Origin: an uncultured virus (IMG/VR IMGVR_UViG_3300042484_003076)
Lineage: Duplodnaviria; Heunggongvirae; Uroviricota; Caudoviricetes
Length of the DNA stretch: 64,000 nucleotides
Strand: one strand, 5' to 3'
IMG/VR virus record: IMGVR_UViG_3300042484_003076
A program made the position numbers and the translations under genes. Position 1 is the first letter of the stretch. The number at the start of each line of letters is the position of its first letter. The notes under the pieces were generated by a model. The model worked only from the letters and a program-made list of their open reading frames with translations. It was not told the DNA's origin and made no database searches. Below, piece by piece: positions 49,282-59,338 of the stretch.

Positions 49282-49829
49282 ATAGTTATAGATACATTGC
49301 CAAGATGCCCACAGCAAGCCTTAAACTTTTTAGCTGTGAACTTACCAAAATAGAATAAAGTCTGGCTTGTGTCATTGCCAGATTTTTTCTTTTTGCCATC
49401 GTTCTTAGGGTTTGTGAACTCAAGCCGATGATTAAAAGTTAGATAGCAAACAGAATAATTTTGAGCGTCTAGAAACCAATTAGAGCTTGTATTAGAGTTA
49501 GTCAGTAAGAAGGTATTACCTATGTGAGCATAGGTTAAAACCATCTCTACAGCCCTTTCGATGTTCCCTTTGGAGTAAGGTGGGTTAACCCACTTATTAA
49601 GATAAGGAGTCCAATCCTTACTAAATGCGTCATCAGCTTTAGTCCAAAAGGTTTGAGCTTGGATGATTTGATTTGCTCTTAAGCAAGAAAATGGATCAAG
49701 ATGGAAGCCTTTAACTAATTCTCGAAATGGTTCCACAACGTAACGCGCTGTATAGTTCTCATCGTTCGACTCATCCTCATTTGTAAGAACACAATCTAGA
49801 GTAAATAGGTTTTCTTGTATTGCGATCAT
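49278..49829 (-). CDS. Phage N6-adenine methyltransferase
   Basis: FHLDPFSC..AN, DAFSKDW, WVNPPYS. Confidence 0.85.
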   Translation of the reverse strand: MIAIQENLFTLDCVLTNEDESNDENYTARYVVEPFRELVKGFHLDPFSCLRANQIIQAQTFWTKADDAFSKDWTPYLNKWVNPPYSKGNIERAVEMVLTYAHIGNTFLLTNSNTSSNWFLDAQNYSVCYLTFNHRLEFTNPKNDGKKKKSGNDTSQTLFYFGKFTAKKFKACCGHLGNVSITI

Positions 49830-50002
49830 TACAACCCTCCTAAAAACTCATTTTTAGCAATCTTGACCATCAATGCTTGCTGCCCCAAATACAGCAGATG
49901 TAGCTCAATGAGTAGCTGCTTAGCTGAGTCAATGTCAATGTTTTGGATTTGTTGGCAGAATAGAGCGTGAGTAAACGCTTTTTCGGGCGGTAGGTCATTC
50001 AT
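49829..50002 (-). CDS. nblA: NblA-like phycobilisome degradation protein (57 aa, not in ORF track)
   Basis: LPPEKAF....FCQQIQNIDIDSAKQLLIELHLLY..QQALM..IAK matches the NblA pattern; ATGA and TAATG overlaps with both neighbours. Confidence 0.65.
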   Translation of the reverse strand: MNDLPPEKAFTHALFCQQIQNIDIDSAKQLLIELHLLYLGQQALMVKIAKNEFLGGL

Positions 50003-50754
50003 GGCAATTCACTCCATACTTTCCCATCCAATTCAGGCAATGAAATCTTTTTACCATTGACTGCCCTTTGTTTATAAAAGAAAGCCTTGTTAGCAGCTTT
50101 GACCTCATCCCGCAGCGATCGCACCCAGTCTTCATCCATCGGTCTAGCACCTTTGCCAGATTCAGCGCCGACGATCGCGAGGTCAATGTATTGGGCATAA
50201 GCGCCGATATAAACTTCTTCTAGTAGTGGCTCAAAACTGACAAAAGTATTGCCTCCAAGCTGTTTAATTGCAGCGATCGTATCAAGGCGTTTCAACGCCG
50301 TGCCTTGGCTCTCAACCGAAACGCCTAACCATATATTGCTAGGGAGAAAGGGAAAACCAGATCTAGCACACCAATCATTTACAACTTGCAAAAGGGTGTC
50401 AGCACGTTTGGACAAGAGCATAAACGTCTGATTGTGAGAGAAAGCCATAGCTTGAATCATCTCTAATTGCCACTCTCTAGGAATCCAATCACCGCACCAA
50501 TCTGTCATAGAGCAAACAAAATGACGTTTAGGCGATCGTATTCTCGCCCACTTAACAAGCATTTCGTAGTTAAGCTCTAGCTCTGGCGCTTTGCCTGTAT
50601 AGGTCAATCCACTAGCAAAGTCAAAGCGATTACCTGTATTAATTGCTTCAGCATAGCAGTTGGCGCATCCTTCCGATATTTTCCTACACCAATGACCACC
50701 GCCTTTGACGGTGATTGGGTTATCAGTTACATCAGTCCATTCAATTTTACTCAT
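49999..50754 (-). CDS. Phage Gp37/Gp68 (DUF5131) family protein
   Basis: SKIEWTD, C.KIS.GCANCYA, FVCSMTD, NIWLGVSVE, FVSFEPLL, VGAESG..ARPM. Confidence 0.92.
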   Translation of the reverse strand: MSKIEWTDVTDNPITVKGGGHWCRKISEGCANCYAEAINTGNRFDFASGLTYTGKAPELELNYEMLVKWARIRSPKRHFVCSMTDWCGDWIPREWQLEMIQAMAFSHNQTFMLLSKRADTLLQVVNDWCARSGFPFLPSNIWLGVSVESQGTALKRLDTIAAIKQLGGNTFVSFEPLLEEVYIGAYAQYIDLAIVGAESGKGARPMDEDWVRSLRDEVKAANKAFFYKQRAVNGKKISLPELDGKVWSELP

Positions 50755-50897
50755 GATTCCACACCCTCCACAAACTACAACGCTGATTCAATTCGCGCCA
50801 TGCATTCTGTAACGGAGTGCGATCGCATGTTTGCCGAAGAGCGCACTGGCTGCAATCGTGAGAGTCTTGCATGGTGGAGGTGATTTTGTCGATTATT

Positions 50898-51537
50898 TTA
50901 TCCATGTTCGATATCCCAATCGTGCTTTAAAGAACTCATCCTGTGAACAATGCGAGAGATCTCGTTTTGCGCTTGATCGATAACGCGCTTAACTCCTTCT
51001 TCTTCACCTTGTCTAAGCAGATCTCTAGCTTCTTCTAGCTCTGCTTCTAGTTGTTCAACCAAATCATCAAATTCTTGTTGTGTCATAATCCCTTCAACTC
51101 CTTCCATTCATCCTTTAACATTCTGAACGCCGCCAAGTCCTGATTAATTTGGCGATCAACTACAGCTTTACCAATACCGTGATCTGCCATGCGATCGCGT
51201 ACCGACTCTACAAGCTTATCGATGGCTTGTTCTGTTCCTGCGATCGCATCTTGTCTGATTTGTGCGTTCATGATAGCGTTACCTTTCTTATCTCTAAAAC
51301 TGGTACATTAGACCAATAATCACTACTGCCATCAGTTGATTTATTCAAAAAGCAAAGAGTTCTCTTTTCCTCAAAATCTTCTTGAACCAAATCGCAAACA
51401 ATCTCGTCATCTTCAAGAAAAACAATAGTGGGGTATAGCGTGTAAGTAACCTTCTTAGACGTTTTAGAACTTCCCATCACTTGAGAAGTAATTGAGAATT
51501 TCTGACCGTCAATTTCTGCTTCGATGTATAAATACAT
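50898..51537 (-). CDS. Three small hypothetical ORFs
   Basis: Coupled ORFs 50898-51107, 51083-51271, 51268-51537. Confidence 0.5.
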
Positions 51538-51836
51538 TATTCTTCCACCTTTACAATTTCCATGATTTCACACCTAACAAGTGGTTTGCCATACACTGTC
51601 AAAGTTACAGCGCCATGCTCTTCTAATAGATTCTGGAAGTCAAATAAGCTTTTACGCATCGCGTCAACTCCAATCTGTTTATCTTGAGTATCATCAGATT
51701 TAGCTTTAACAACCCTGAATATAGGCAACTGGTTAGAGGTTACGATATATTCTTTTTTACCAGCCGCCACGGGACGACATATGCGAGTAGGGGCTTTACG
51801 GAACTCTGAGATTGTGATGTATTCTGCTACAATCAT
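51537..51836 (-). CDS. Protein with two tandem Phd/YefM-like domains
   Basis: ITISEFRK....C..V......YIVTSNQLPIFRVV and IGVDAMRKSL....L.....VTLTVYGKPLVRC. Confidence 0.55.
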   Translation of the reverse strand: MIVAEYITISEFRKAPTRICRPVAAGKKEYIVTSNQLPIFRVVKAKSDDTQDKQIGVDAMRKSLFDFQNLLEEHGAVTLTVYGKPLVRCEIMEIVKVEE

Positions 51837-52130
51837 TTACTTTACCCAATGCCCATGAGCAATAAATGGCATAGCTTCACTACGTAATCTAGGGAAATCA
51901 ATCTTTCCTTCATTAAGATATTTCCACGCTAGCTCTCTAGCTTCTTCCTGAAAGTCATACCAGTAATTACGCTCATAACTCTCAAGGATTGATGCCCATG
52001 AATCAGGGCAGAAATTACTAGAATTATCAGTGTTGGGTCGGCAAGAACAGACAATTCTAGTAACTGATTCAGGATCAATTTTGTCTCTGATAATGTCGCG
52101 AATACATAGGCTTAGCGATAATCCTTCCAT
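51837..52130 (-). CDS. Hypothetical protein
   Basis: GLSLSLCIRDII...PRL motif, 97 aa. Confidence 0.55.
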   Translation of the reverse strand: MEGLSLSLCIRDIIRDKIDPESVTRIVCSCRPNTDNSSNFCPDSWASILESYERNYWYDFQEEARELAWKYLNEGKIDFPRLRSEAMPFIAHGHWVK

Positions 52131-52223
52131 TATCTCTCTCCAAATAATTTAATAATGCGATCGCACCTACCCTTGATCGCGTGAATGTGGCTTCCAGTAG
52201 GGATAGGGTATAAGAATTAGTTG

Positions 52224-52682
52224 TTAGCCATCGCCATAGCCACAACCATCGCCACAACCATCGCCACAACCATCACCACAACCATCGCCAGAGCCATCGC
52301 CAGAACCACAACCATAACCAGAGCCATCACCAAAGCCAAAGCCAGAGCCAAAGCCAGAGCCATCACCATAGCCATAGCCAAAGCCAGTATTTAGATCTTC
52401 CATACAGCAACCTCCGCGATTGAATCTATTGTGATGTATTCTGGAATCATTTACACCCTCTCAATCATCGCCATAGCCATAACCATAGCCATAACCATCG
52501 CCATCGCCAGAGCCAGAGCCAAAGCCAAAGCCAAAGCCAGAGCCACAACCAAAGCCAGAGCCAGAGCCAGAGCCAGAGCCATCGCCATCGCCAAAGTCAA
52601 AGCCAGAGCCAGAGCCAGAGCCATCACCATCGCCAAAGTCAAAGCCAGAGCCAAAGCCATAATCAGTATTTAGATCTTCCAT
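52224..52682 (-). repeat. Two Gly-X hexamer repeat tracts (ORFs MEDLNT(GX)n at 52461-52682 and about 52224-52403)
   Basis: GGY-KNT hexamers; 43-bp direct repeat at 52385-52427 and 52664-52706. Confidence 0.85.
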
Positions 52683-52963
52683 ACAGCAACCTCCGCGATT
52701 GAATCTTTCGCGATTTCTGTCACTGACAGAATTTCAATCACTTCGGTGACTATGATTCTGTCAACTTCCGCAGGAAATTTGCAATTACTAGGATCACTAG
52801 TTCCTGTTTGAGCTAGCTGAGAAAGGGATGCTGCCCCTGCCCATTTCCATAAACGCCGAGCGTTGCGTATTGTTGCTTGCTTACCTTCAAAAGCTTCAAG
52901 AAATCCCGCGAATACACCCGCGCTGTAAGTTCGCACAATTACATATTGATCAATCATTGCCAT
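52670..52963 (-). CDS. Conserved phage protein (DUF6948-like)
   Basis: VIVRTYSAGVFAG.L......NARRLW.W.GAASLSQLA..G. Confidence 0.75.
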   Translation of the reverse strand: MAMIDQYVIVRTYSAGVFAGFLEAFEGKQATIRNARRLWKWAGAASLSQLAQTGTSDPSNCKFPAEVDRIIVTEVIEILSVTEIAKDSIAEVAVWKI

Positions 52964-53218
52964 AATATTTACTTCCTTGATATTTGTTTACTCGTTAGCT
53001 TTAGTGAGAGTGTGATCGCGCCTTGCAACCTTGACCACAGGTGATAATTCTTTGCAAGAGAATAGGTATTGCTACCCAACTACATGGCTTTACCCTCAAA
53101 TTTAATAATGTTTAATTCAGTCATCTAACTGTTTACATAGTAGTACAAACCTTACAAACATACAATACCCTAATCATAGTTATCCACCGCAATAAACCCG
53201 CAAAGTATAGACTAAAAT

Positions 53219-54382
53219 CTATGACAGAATATCGCGATACCGTAGCAGACTGCACTCGTTGTCAGGGGCGGCTTTGCGGAACTCTAATCCGTAAGCGCTG
53301 TAATCGAATCTGTGGGTTTTCCTAAAGGTATTCCTAGCAAATGGACATCCTCTAGATATTGCAAGCTGATAAGCCATCTCTAGCGTCATCCATTCGTTCT
53401 CAAATTCTGTTGCTTGCACCCGTGAGAAGAAAGAAATCTCATGATGATCACGATTGTAGCGATGGATTTCCCCTGCTACAGAGCGATTGTAAAAAAGTTT
53501 GGATAATTTTCTTAGCTCAATATTCTCGCCTAGCAGCTCGTTCAGCTTGTAAGCAATTGTTACAGCATCCTGCCATTTATCGGTAAGCACTGAGTTAATC
53601 TGCTCAGTCGAGATAATCCGTTTAGCGACTCCCTTGGCTTTGTCTGATTCAACTTTCTTGCGGGTGCGTGTGCGTTTTGGATTACTCCAATCAAGTAGCA
53701 ATTTAGAAACATCAGGGTGCATCCTATACCGTTTTTTGAGCGATGGTAGATACACTTTTAGGCTTGCATATTCACCGCCGCTAGCCTTATATGCAAGCAA
53801 AGCTTTTATACGCTGACCATCGGGGCGATCGCGGATCGGTGGTTTTTGTCGTGGGCATAACGGGGCACTGTAGGCAAAAAAGCTGTATAGATTCAGGATT
53901 GATAGCAAACCACTCAAACAAGGCTTTAAACACGCAAAAACATATAAGTACGTTGGTGATTTGCGATCTGTTAATCTTTCGCGGTTACGAATCCGCTTAC
54001 GTTGCTTTTTGGCTTTCGGCTTTGCAACATTCTTGGGCGGCTTTGTCTTTGGGCGATCGCTTTTCGGTTTTGGCGGTGGAGCTGCGATCGCCTCTAACTC
54101 TGGTTCTGGTCTAGCTTTTGGCGGTTGTAATTTTGGCTCGTCACCAATATGCAAAACGTTGCGATCTAATAGCGACTGCCATAGGCTGGACCACTGATTT
54201 TTATACACCAAATACCGAGCTACGAATAACGCATTAGTGGCAATAGCGCGATCATCTTTGAGCTTGCGCCTTTGCTCATGCGCTGCGATCGCACTTAGGA
54301 TCGGCGCAACTTGTCGCCATATTGCGGGGCTGGTATCAGGGGATGGGATCGAGGGGATGCAAATGGGTAGGGATGGTTTCAT
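53219..54382 (-). CDS. Basic Pro/Lys-rich hypothetical protein, probably DNA-binding
   Basis: 387-aa ORF. Confidence 0.5.
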   Translation of the reverse strand: MKPSLPICIPSIPSPDTSPAIWRQVAPILSAIAAHEQRRKLKDDRAIATNALFVARYLVYKNQWSSLWQSLLDRNVLHIGDEPKLQPPKARPEPELEAIAAPPPKPKSDRPKTKPPKNVAKPKAKKQRKRIRNRERLTDRKSPTYLYVFACLKPCLSGLLSILNLYSFFAYSAPLCPRQKPPIRDRPDGQRIKALLAYKASGGEYASLKVYLPSLKKRYRMHPDVSKLLLDWSNPKRTRTRKKVESDKAKGVAKRIISTEQINSVLTDKWQDAVTIAYKLNELLGENIELRKLSKLFYNRSVAGEIHRYNRDHHEISFFSRVQATEFENEWMTLEMAYQLAISRGCPFARNTFRKTHRFDYSAYGLEFRKAAPDNECSLLRYRDILS

Positions 54383-54406
54383 GTTGATTTTAATGTAAGT
54401 AATGTT

Positions 54407-55294
54407 TTAATCCGTACAATGACAAGGCGCATGATCGTAAACGTCTAGCAATGGCTGAGCAAGAATATTTTTTAAAGGGCGATTACCAAATGTATGCCCT
54501 GTCTTCTCTTCTTGCTCTAACCACCATTGCAAGTTTTCAGGCTCTAGCTCCGCTTGCCTTTGCTGCTCAATATCGCGATGGTGAAAGCAAAAGCGACAAT
54601 TAGAAATTTCTGGAAATTGCCAGCCTTTGTCTAACCAATACTTAGCAACATCAAGTTTAGAAATACCATGCTCGTGCATAGGGAATTGAGTAACGCGCCA
54701 TTCAACCAAGCTGTGCTGTTGTTGTTTTCTGCCAGTGAGTGAGCAGCTTTTAGGAAACTTAAATTTATCTTTGTCGCAAGTCCATCCCTCTACTCTTTGC
54801 GGTTCGTCCCACCTAAAACCCACGTTCATTAATAGAGGTGTTTCGCCATCAAAGTAATTTAGATAGCAATGCCAGAACATAGGGACTAATTTAGTTTCTA
54901 CAGTACAAAACCTATGTTTTGCATTTGGGAGCATTTTCTTTTTCTCAACGATCGCATCTAAAGGTTCTTTAGATGCGATCGTGTTGCTTCTATATCCCAC
55001 CAGATCGGTATCTTTGGCAAGATACCGATCTAAACTGTATTGGCTTGCTACCCAGTCAATACGCCGCCCTAGCTCTTGTTCTAATCGCAGCATATTAAGC
55101 AAAGTTAGATCGGCTTCATGGCTGGCTACAAACCAAGGGATACGATTTTGACACTCACGCAATAAGCCTTTATCCTTTGGCGCGGATGGCTGATGATCTG
55201 TAAGCACTACAGCAAAAATGTAGTGATCTGTCGGAAACTCTAAAGCCATCATTGCCGATGTTTTGCCGCCTGATACGCTGGTTACTGATTTCAT
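54407..55294 (-). CDS. PAPS-reductase-family (PP-loop) protein
   Basis: SVSGGKTSA, RFCT.E.K..P, VGFRWDE..R, FP, SNC.FC. Confidence 0.85.
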   Translation of the reverse strand: MKSVTSVSGGKTSAMMALEFPTDHYIFAVVLTDHQPSAPKDKGLLRECQNRIPWFVASHEADLTLLNMLRLEQELGRRIDWVASQYSLDRYLAKDTDLVGYRSNTIASKEPLDAIVEKKKMLPNAKHRFCTVETKLVPMFWHCYLNYFDGETPLLMNVGFRWDEPQRVEGWTCDKDKFKFPKSCSLTGRKQQQHSLVEWRVTQFPMHEHGISKLDVAKYWLDKGWQFPEISNCRFCFHHRDIEQQRQAELEPENLQWWLEQEEKTGHTFGNRPLKNILAQPLLDVYDHAPCHCTD

Positions 55295-55339
55295 AGTAAA
55301 GATTTTAAAGAGCTAATTAATTTTTCAATCGTGGCGATA

Positions 55340-55426
55340 TAGGATCGGCGCAACTTGTCGCCATATTTCGGGGCTGGTGCCAGGGGATGGGATAGCGGAG
55401 ATGCAGATGGGTAGGGATGGTTTCAT
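55340..55426 (-). pseudogene. Diverged duplicate of the first ~29 codons of 53219..54382
   Basis: MKPSLPICISAIPSPGTSPEIWRQVAPIL vs MKPSLPICIPSIPSPDTSPAIWRQVAPIL. Confidence 0.8.
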
Positions 55427-55534
55427 AGTTTTACGCAAATGTTAGAAATGTTAAGCTATATAGAGTAATCTCTATGGTAAGTGCGTGTAATACATATACT
55501 ACACAATGTAGTATTAATATATTTCTATTTTTTT

Positions 55535-55748
55535 TTGTAACGTTGTAACACTTACATATAGAACGTATATACAGCAAGTATTTAGAGGCGTTACAAGAAG
55601 TGTTACAAGGTATATATTTAGTAATATTTCAGTAACGCATTACAGGTATATCGCTAAGTGTTACAGCGCTTAAATTACTTGTAACGCTTGTTAATTGTAT
55701 ATACAGTAAGGATTTAAGCCTAAGTGTTACAGTGTTACAAGGTATATA
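55535..55748. other. Putative replication origin with GTTACA iteron-like repeats
   Basis: AT-rich non-coding tract with multiple (GT)GTTACA/TGTAAC copies in both orientations and a duplicated TATATACAG.AAG.ATTTA, downstream of primase-helicase. Confidence 0.6.
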
Positions 55749-55806
55749 GAGAAAGCTGACATGAAAAAAATACTAGTAAGTTTAATTTTCATGCTTGCAA
55801 CAAATA

Positions 55807-57894
55807 CTAGAAAAATTCATCATCATCACTCGTGCTGTTAAGGACAGGTGGAGGTGTAGTTGGACTTTTCCAAATATCCTGTCGATTAGGATCTGATAAA
55901 TTTGGATAACGCATAGGTGTGCGAGGTTGTACTGCGATCGGTACTTGCTTGGGAGTCATGGGATAAAGCGCTTTACCTTTATCGGTTAACATCCAAACAC
56001 CAAAACGAGATCCTTGTGGTTTTTGCGACTCTACAAGCCCTTTGTTTTTTGCGCGATGCATTGCAACTCTGAGTGTCGAAACTGTCGTAGAGCATCGAAT
56101 AGCTAACTCATCAGCAGACATTGAGCCATCCTTTAACACTCCTAAAGCTATAGAGGTTACGTCATCATGGATTTTTCCTGATTTTGTTTCCCCCAAATAG
56201 GAAAACACGCCCTTTTCTTTCCAGTCTTCAGTTTGATTAAATTCAAGATCTAAAAATAGCTTCTCGCTGTCCCTAGTTTTAGGCATTGTGAGCTTAAGCA
56301 AGTTGCAGTCTGGATTATCAGGGGCGGCGCTTTCTAATCTCCAGACTGCCCAAACAGGTGCGGTAATTCGCAAACTACCGCTCTCTGTTCCTGTTTTGTT
56401 AAGGTGATGGATTAACAAGCTAGCAGCGTTATAGTTGCCTAGTAAATCGCGTAATCTATAAATTGCGTGTGCAAATTCAGCGTCGTTTTCGGATATGCCA
56501 CTATTTAGAGTGATGGAAGTTAATGAATCAACTACAACAAAATCAGGTTTAAATGTGTCTAGTTCCTGCTCTAATTGACGCAACATCTCAAGCCTAAAAT
56601 TAGAAATGATCCGCACATTGTCACTAAATTCTGGTAGTTGATCCGTCCCCATTTCCCTAAATCTTTTGCGAGTTGTGCGATCGCTTTGATCTCCTGAAAT
56701 AAACATCACCTTGCATGATTTCATTGCAGATTCATTAAGAAAAATACTGCCCTCTCTAAGTAGTTTATGCATGAGAAACATTGCAAAAATAGACTTGCCT
56801 CGACCAGGAGAACCAGATAATAAAATCATCTCTCCGACTGCCATCATGTTGGATACCAGCCAATTAATTTCTGCATCGCCTTCATTCATGAAATCTTTAG
56901 CCGATCTGCTAACCATCGGGGCGGTATACATATCAGCCGATTTAATGGCTACGCACTTATCAAAAGATGGTTTGTCAATCTTGTGAGCTAGCCTAATATC
57001 TCTAGCTAAGGTCATCTGCCTAATAGGATCTGTCTCAGCTAGCCAATACTTGATGCTTTGCTCTAGCTTTGTGTTTTCATCAATATTGACATCAGGAGCG
57101 ATCGCATCTCCAATGACTTCAGTTATTTTTGTGACAGCATCTTGGATGGTCTTCTTGTCTGCACCGTCATTAATCCAGTCTGCGACATCCAAACCGCCGT
57201 TGCTTGGCAAATGATGCCAAAAGAAATTGTGGGGCGGGGCTAAAAGCTGCTTTAATGGCGTTGATTTTGCCTCAAGAGCTAATCTAGCCTTAGTCATAAA
57301 CTCAACGCCTGTAATGTCTCGATCTGGGCATAGCACAACCCATTTGCAAGCTGAAAGTATATCAATGTGTTCTTGGCTAAAAGTTTTACCGCGAATCGTA
57401 GTGGCAACAAAGCCCAAATCATTCAAAGCTTTCGCGCAACTTTCTCCTTCTACCAAAAATACATGACGTTCCTTGGCTGCAATTACAGCATCTTGATTGA
57501 ACAAAGGAAATGATGTTTCTGGAATATCACCTAGACCCGATCGCATGTTCCATTGACCCTCACTCCAAAGGTACGGATAAACGCCCTGTTTCTTTCCGTT
57601 GGCGTATTTCGTAACCACTTTGAGAACTGGTATACTATCCCTAGTGTAAATGTACTCAATCGTCTTGTCAGGTCGTGGAGCCTTCTCTTCTACCTTCAAC
57701 TTCAAAAATGGGAAACCTTCTTTGTCTGTTGTGTCTGTCTCTTCTAAATAATCAGGCAACAGCAAAGAGTCCCTTTTTAATCTAGTGCAAAGCACTCTAG
57801 AAGTATCACCCGATCCAATGGTGTAACACCAATCAGTTTTGTGGCATACAGGGCATGGGTTCGACTTTGAAACCCTTATTCCTTCAGCTAGCAT
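55807..57894 (-). CDS. Primase-helicase (Zn finger + TOPRIM + AAA/RecA-like)
   Basis: CPVC...DWC, FLVEGE, PDRD..G, GLDVADW, GSPGRGKS, VVVDSL, LIHHLNK. Confidence 0.9.
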   Translation of the reverse strand: MLAEGIRVSKSNPCPVCHKTDWCYTIGSGDTSRVLCTRLKRDSLLLPDYLEETDTTDKEGFPFLKLKVEEKAPRPDKTIEYIYTRDSIPVLKVVTKYANGKKQGVYPYLWSEGQWNMRSGLGDIPETSFPLFNQDAVIAAKERHVFLVEGESCAKALNDLGFVATTIRGKTFSQEHIDILSACKWVVLCPDRDITGVEFMTKARLALEAKSTPLKQLLAPPHNFFWHHLPSNGGLDVADWINDGADKKTIQDAVTKITEVIGDAIAPDVNIDENTKLEQSIKYWLAETDPIRQMTLARDIRLAHKIDKPSFDKCVAIKSADMYTAPMVSRSAKDFMNEGDAEINWLVSNMMAVGEMILLSGSPGRGKSIFAMFLMHKLLREGSIFLNESAMKSCKVMFISGDQSDRTTRKRFREMGTDQLPEFSDNVRIISNFRLEMLRQLEQELDTFKPDFVVVDSLTSITLNSGISENDAEFAHAIYRLRDLLGNYNAASLLIHHLNKTGTESGSLRITAPVWAVWRLESAAPDNPDCNLLKLTMPKTRDSEKLFLDLEFNQTEDWKEKGVFSYLGETKSGKIHDDVTSIALGVLKDGSMSADELAIRCSTTVSTLRVAMHRAKNKGLVESQKPQGSRFGVWMLTDKGKALYPMTPKQVPIAVQPRTPMRYPNLSDPNRQDIWKSPTTPPPVLNSTSDDDEFF

Positions 57895-59298
57895 TTCTCG
57901 ATTTCTCCAATAATTGATTAATTAATTGAGCGCACTTGCCTACGCAATCAGCCATGTTAAAACCAGTGGTTTGATAAATTTGACCAGCAAAATAGATCCG
58001 ATATCCAAAAGCATTATTCGGGATATCGTAAACCTCAATATTGTGATCGCGGTATTTAATATAGTAAGCATATTGCCACCCGTCAGGAGGATCGCTGGTA
58101 ATAAATTGATTACTCACGCCGCCACCTCATCAGACTTAGCGATCGCCGCTTTGTAGAACTTTTCGAGATTGCGTTGCATCGCGCCATGATGATCGGCTTT
58201 GCGATGACCTTCGAGAAAATCAATCAAATCAGCGCCAGAAATTTTAACGCTTGGTTTTGACTTTTTGCTCTTATCAAAAATACAAACCCATCCACTGCGA
58301 TCGCCGCCAATAAAACTGTAATTCATCCCACACGCTCCTTAGCTTTTGCCATCTCACCATTACCTAATGCTTTACGCAAATTTTCCATTGATTGCAGTTT
58401 TTCTACTGGCTGTTCAGTATTGATCGCCAAACCTTTAATATTTGCTCTAGCAATCAAATCATCGATCGCCGCTTCGATAGTGTCGTTAATTGGCTCTCCC
58501 AAAACCTCGGACGCAATACGAGCATTGCGGTGCTTCTCTGGTAAGATGTAAGCTTTAACTTGCTTGTGTGTAGCTGCTTTGCCCATCGCTTTTTTTGTTT
58601 AACTAAACTTGATTACTTAATAAGTATAGTACGATTGTACACAAATAAACCATTAATTTACAAATCCCAACCCCGCAAAGCATAGATATTTCTCTATGCA
58701 ACGAGAGAGATAAATTCTTGATGTGTCATTATTTTTTAGAATGGGATTTCGTCTGTGCTTCCTTCAAGTTCTTGATCGATGTGAGATTTAGCCTCTGCAA
58801 GCGCTATTTGCAGATCAGCGCTGTAGCTAACAAATTGTGTTCTGCTCAGGCAGTCAAGTACTCTGATAGCTTGCCCTTCATCAGTTTTATAGTTTTCAAG
58901 TCGGTGGCTTCTATAAAACTCAGTGGATAGTGCGACACCTCTAAGAATTGGATTACTCATGATTTCACTCCGCACCATTTCATAGCTATTGCGCCAAGTC
59001 TGTTAATAAGCGCATTCCTCAATTCACCAGAGACAGTTGCTAAATTAGGATGTACATATCCAAAATTCCGATAGCACCATAAGTTTTTACTATTCCAGCA
59101 AAGATCAATAGAGAATCCATAGCCTCTACATTCACTAATTGACATCTGGAAACCATACTCGTTTTCGCCATGAAACGAATAGTCACTAGGATCTAGCGAC
59201 TCTAAATACTCAATCAAATCACTCATAATTTGATTTTGCTCATCTTGTGTAAGGAGTTTACACTTTTGCTCGTCCAGCAATAAAGATTCATGCTTCAT
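57884..59298 (-). CDS. Small early-region ORFs (57884-58117, 58114-58326, 58323-58586 RHH-like, 58736-58978, 58957-59298)
   Basis: Coupled ORFs. Confidence 0.5.
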
Positions 59299-59338
59299 GA
59301 TTTCACCTGTAATTTTTTAATCTCGCGCTCAATTTTCC

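Noticed and set aside
52431..52673. ORFs 'ARARAKAK' (+), 'MALALAL' (-) and 'MWRWLW' (52075-52269)
   Set aside because: Alternative-frame shadows of the hexamer repeat.
52224..52706. Diversity-generating retroelement TR/VR pair
   Set aside because: No reverse transcriptase in the window, and the differences are hexamer shuffles rather than adenine-specific substitutions.
54407..55294. dndC of a phosphorothioation system
   Set aside because: PP-loop family only; shorter than expected and no dndB/D/E or ssp neighbours.
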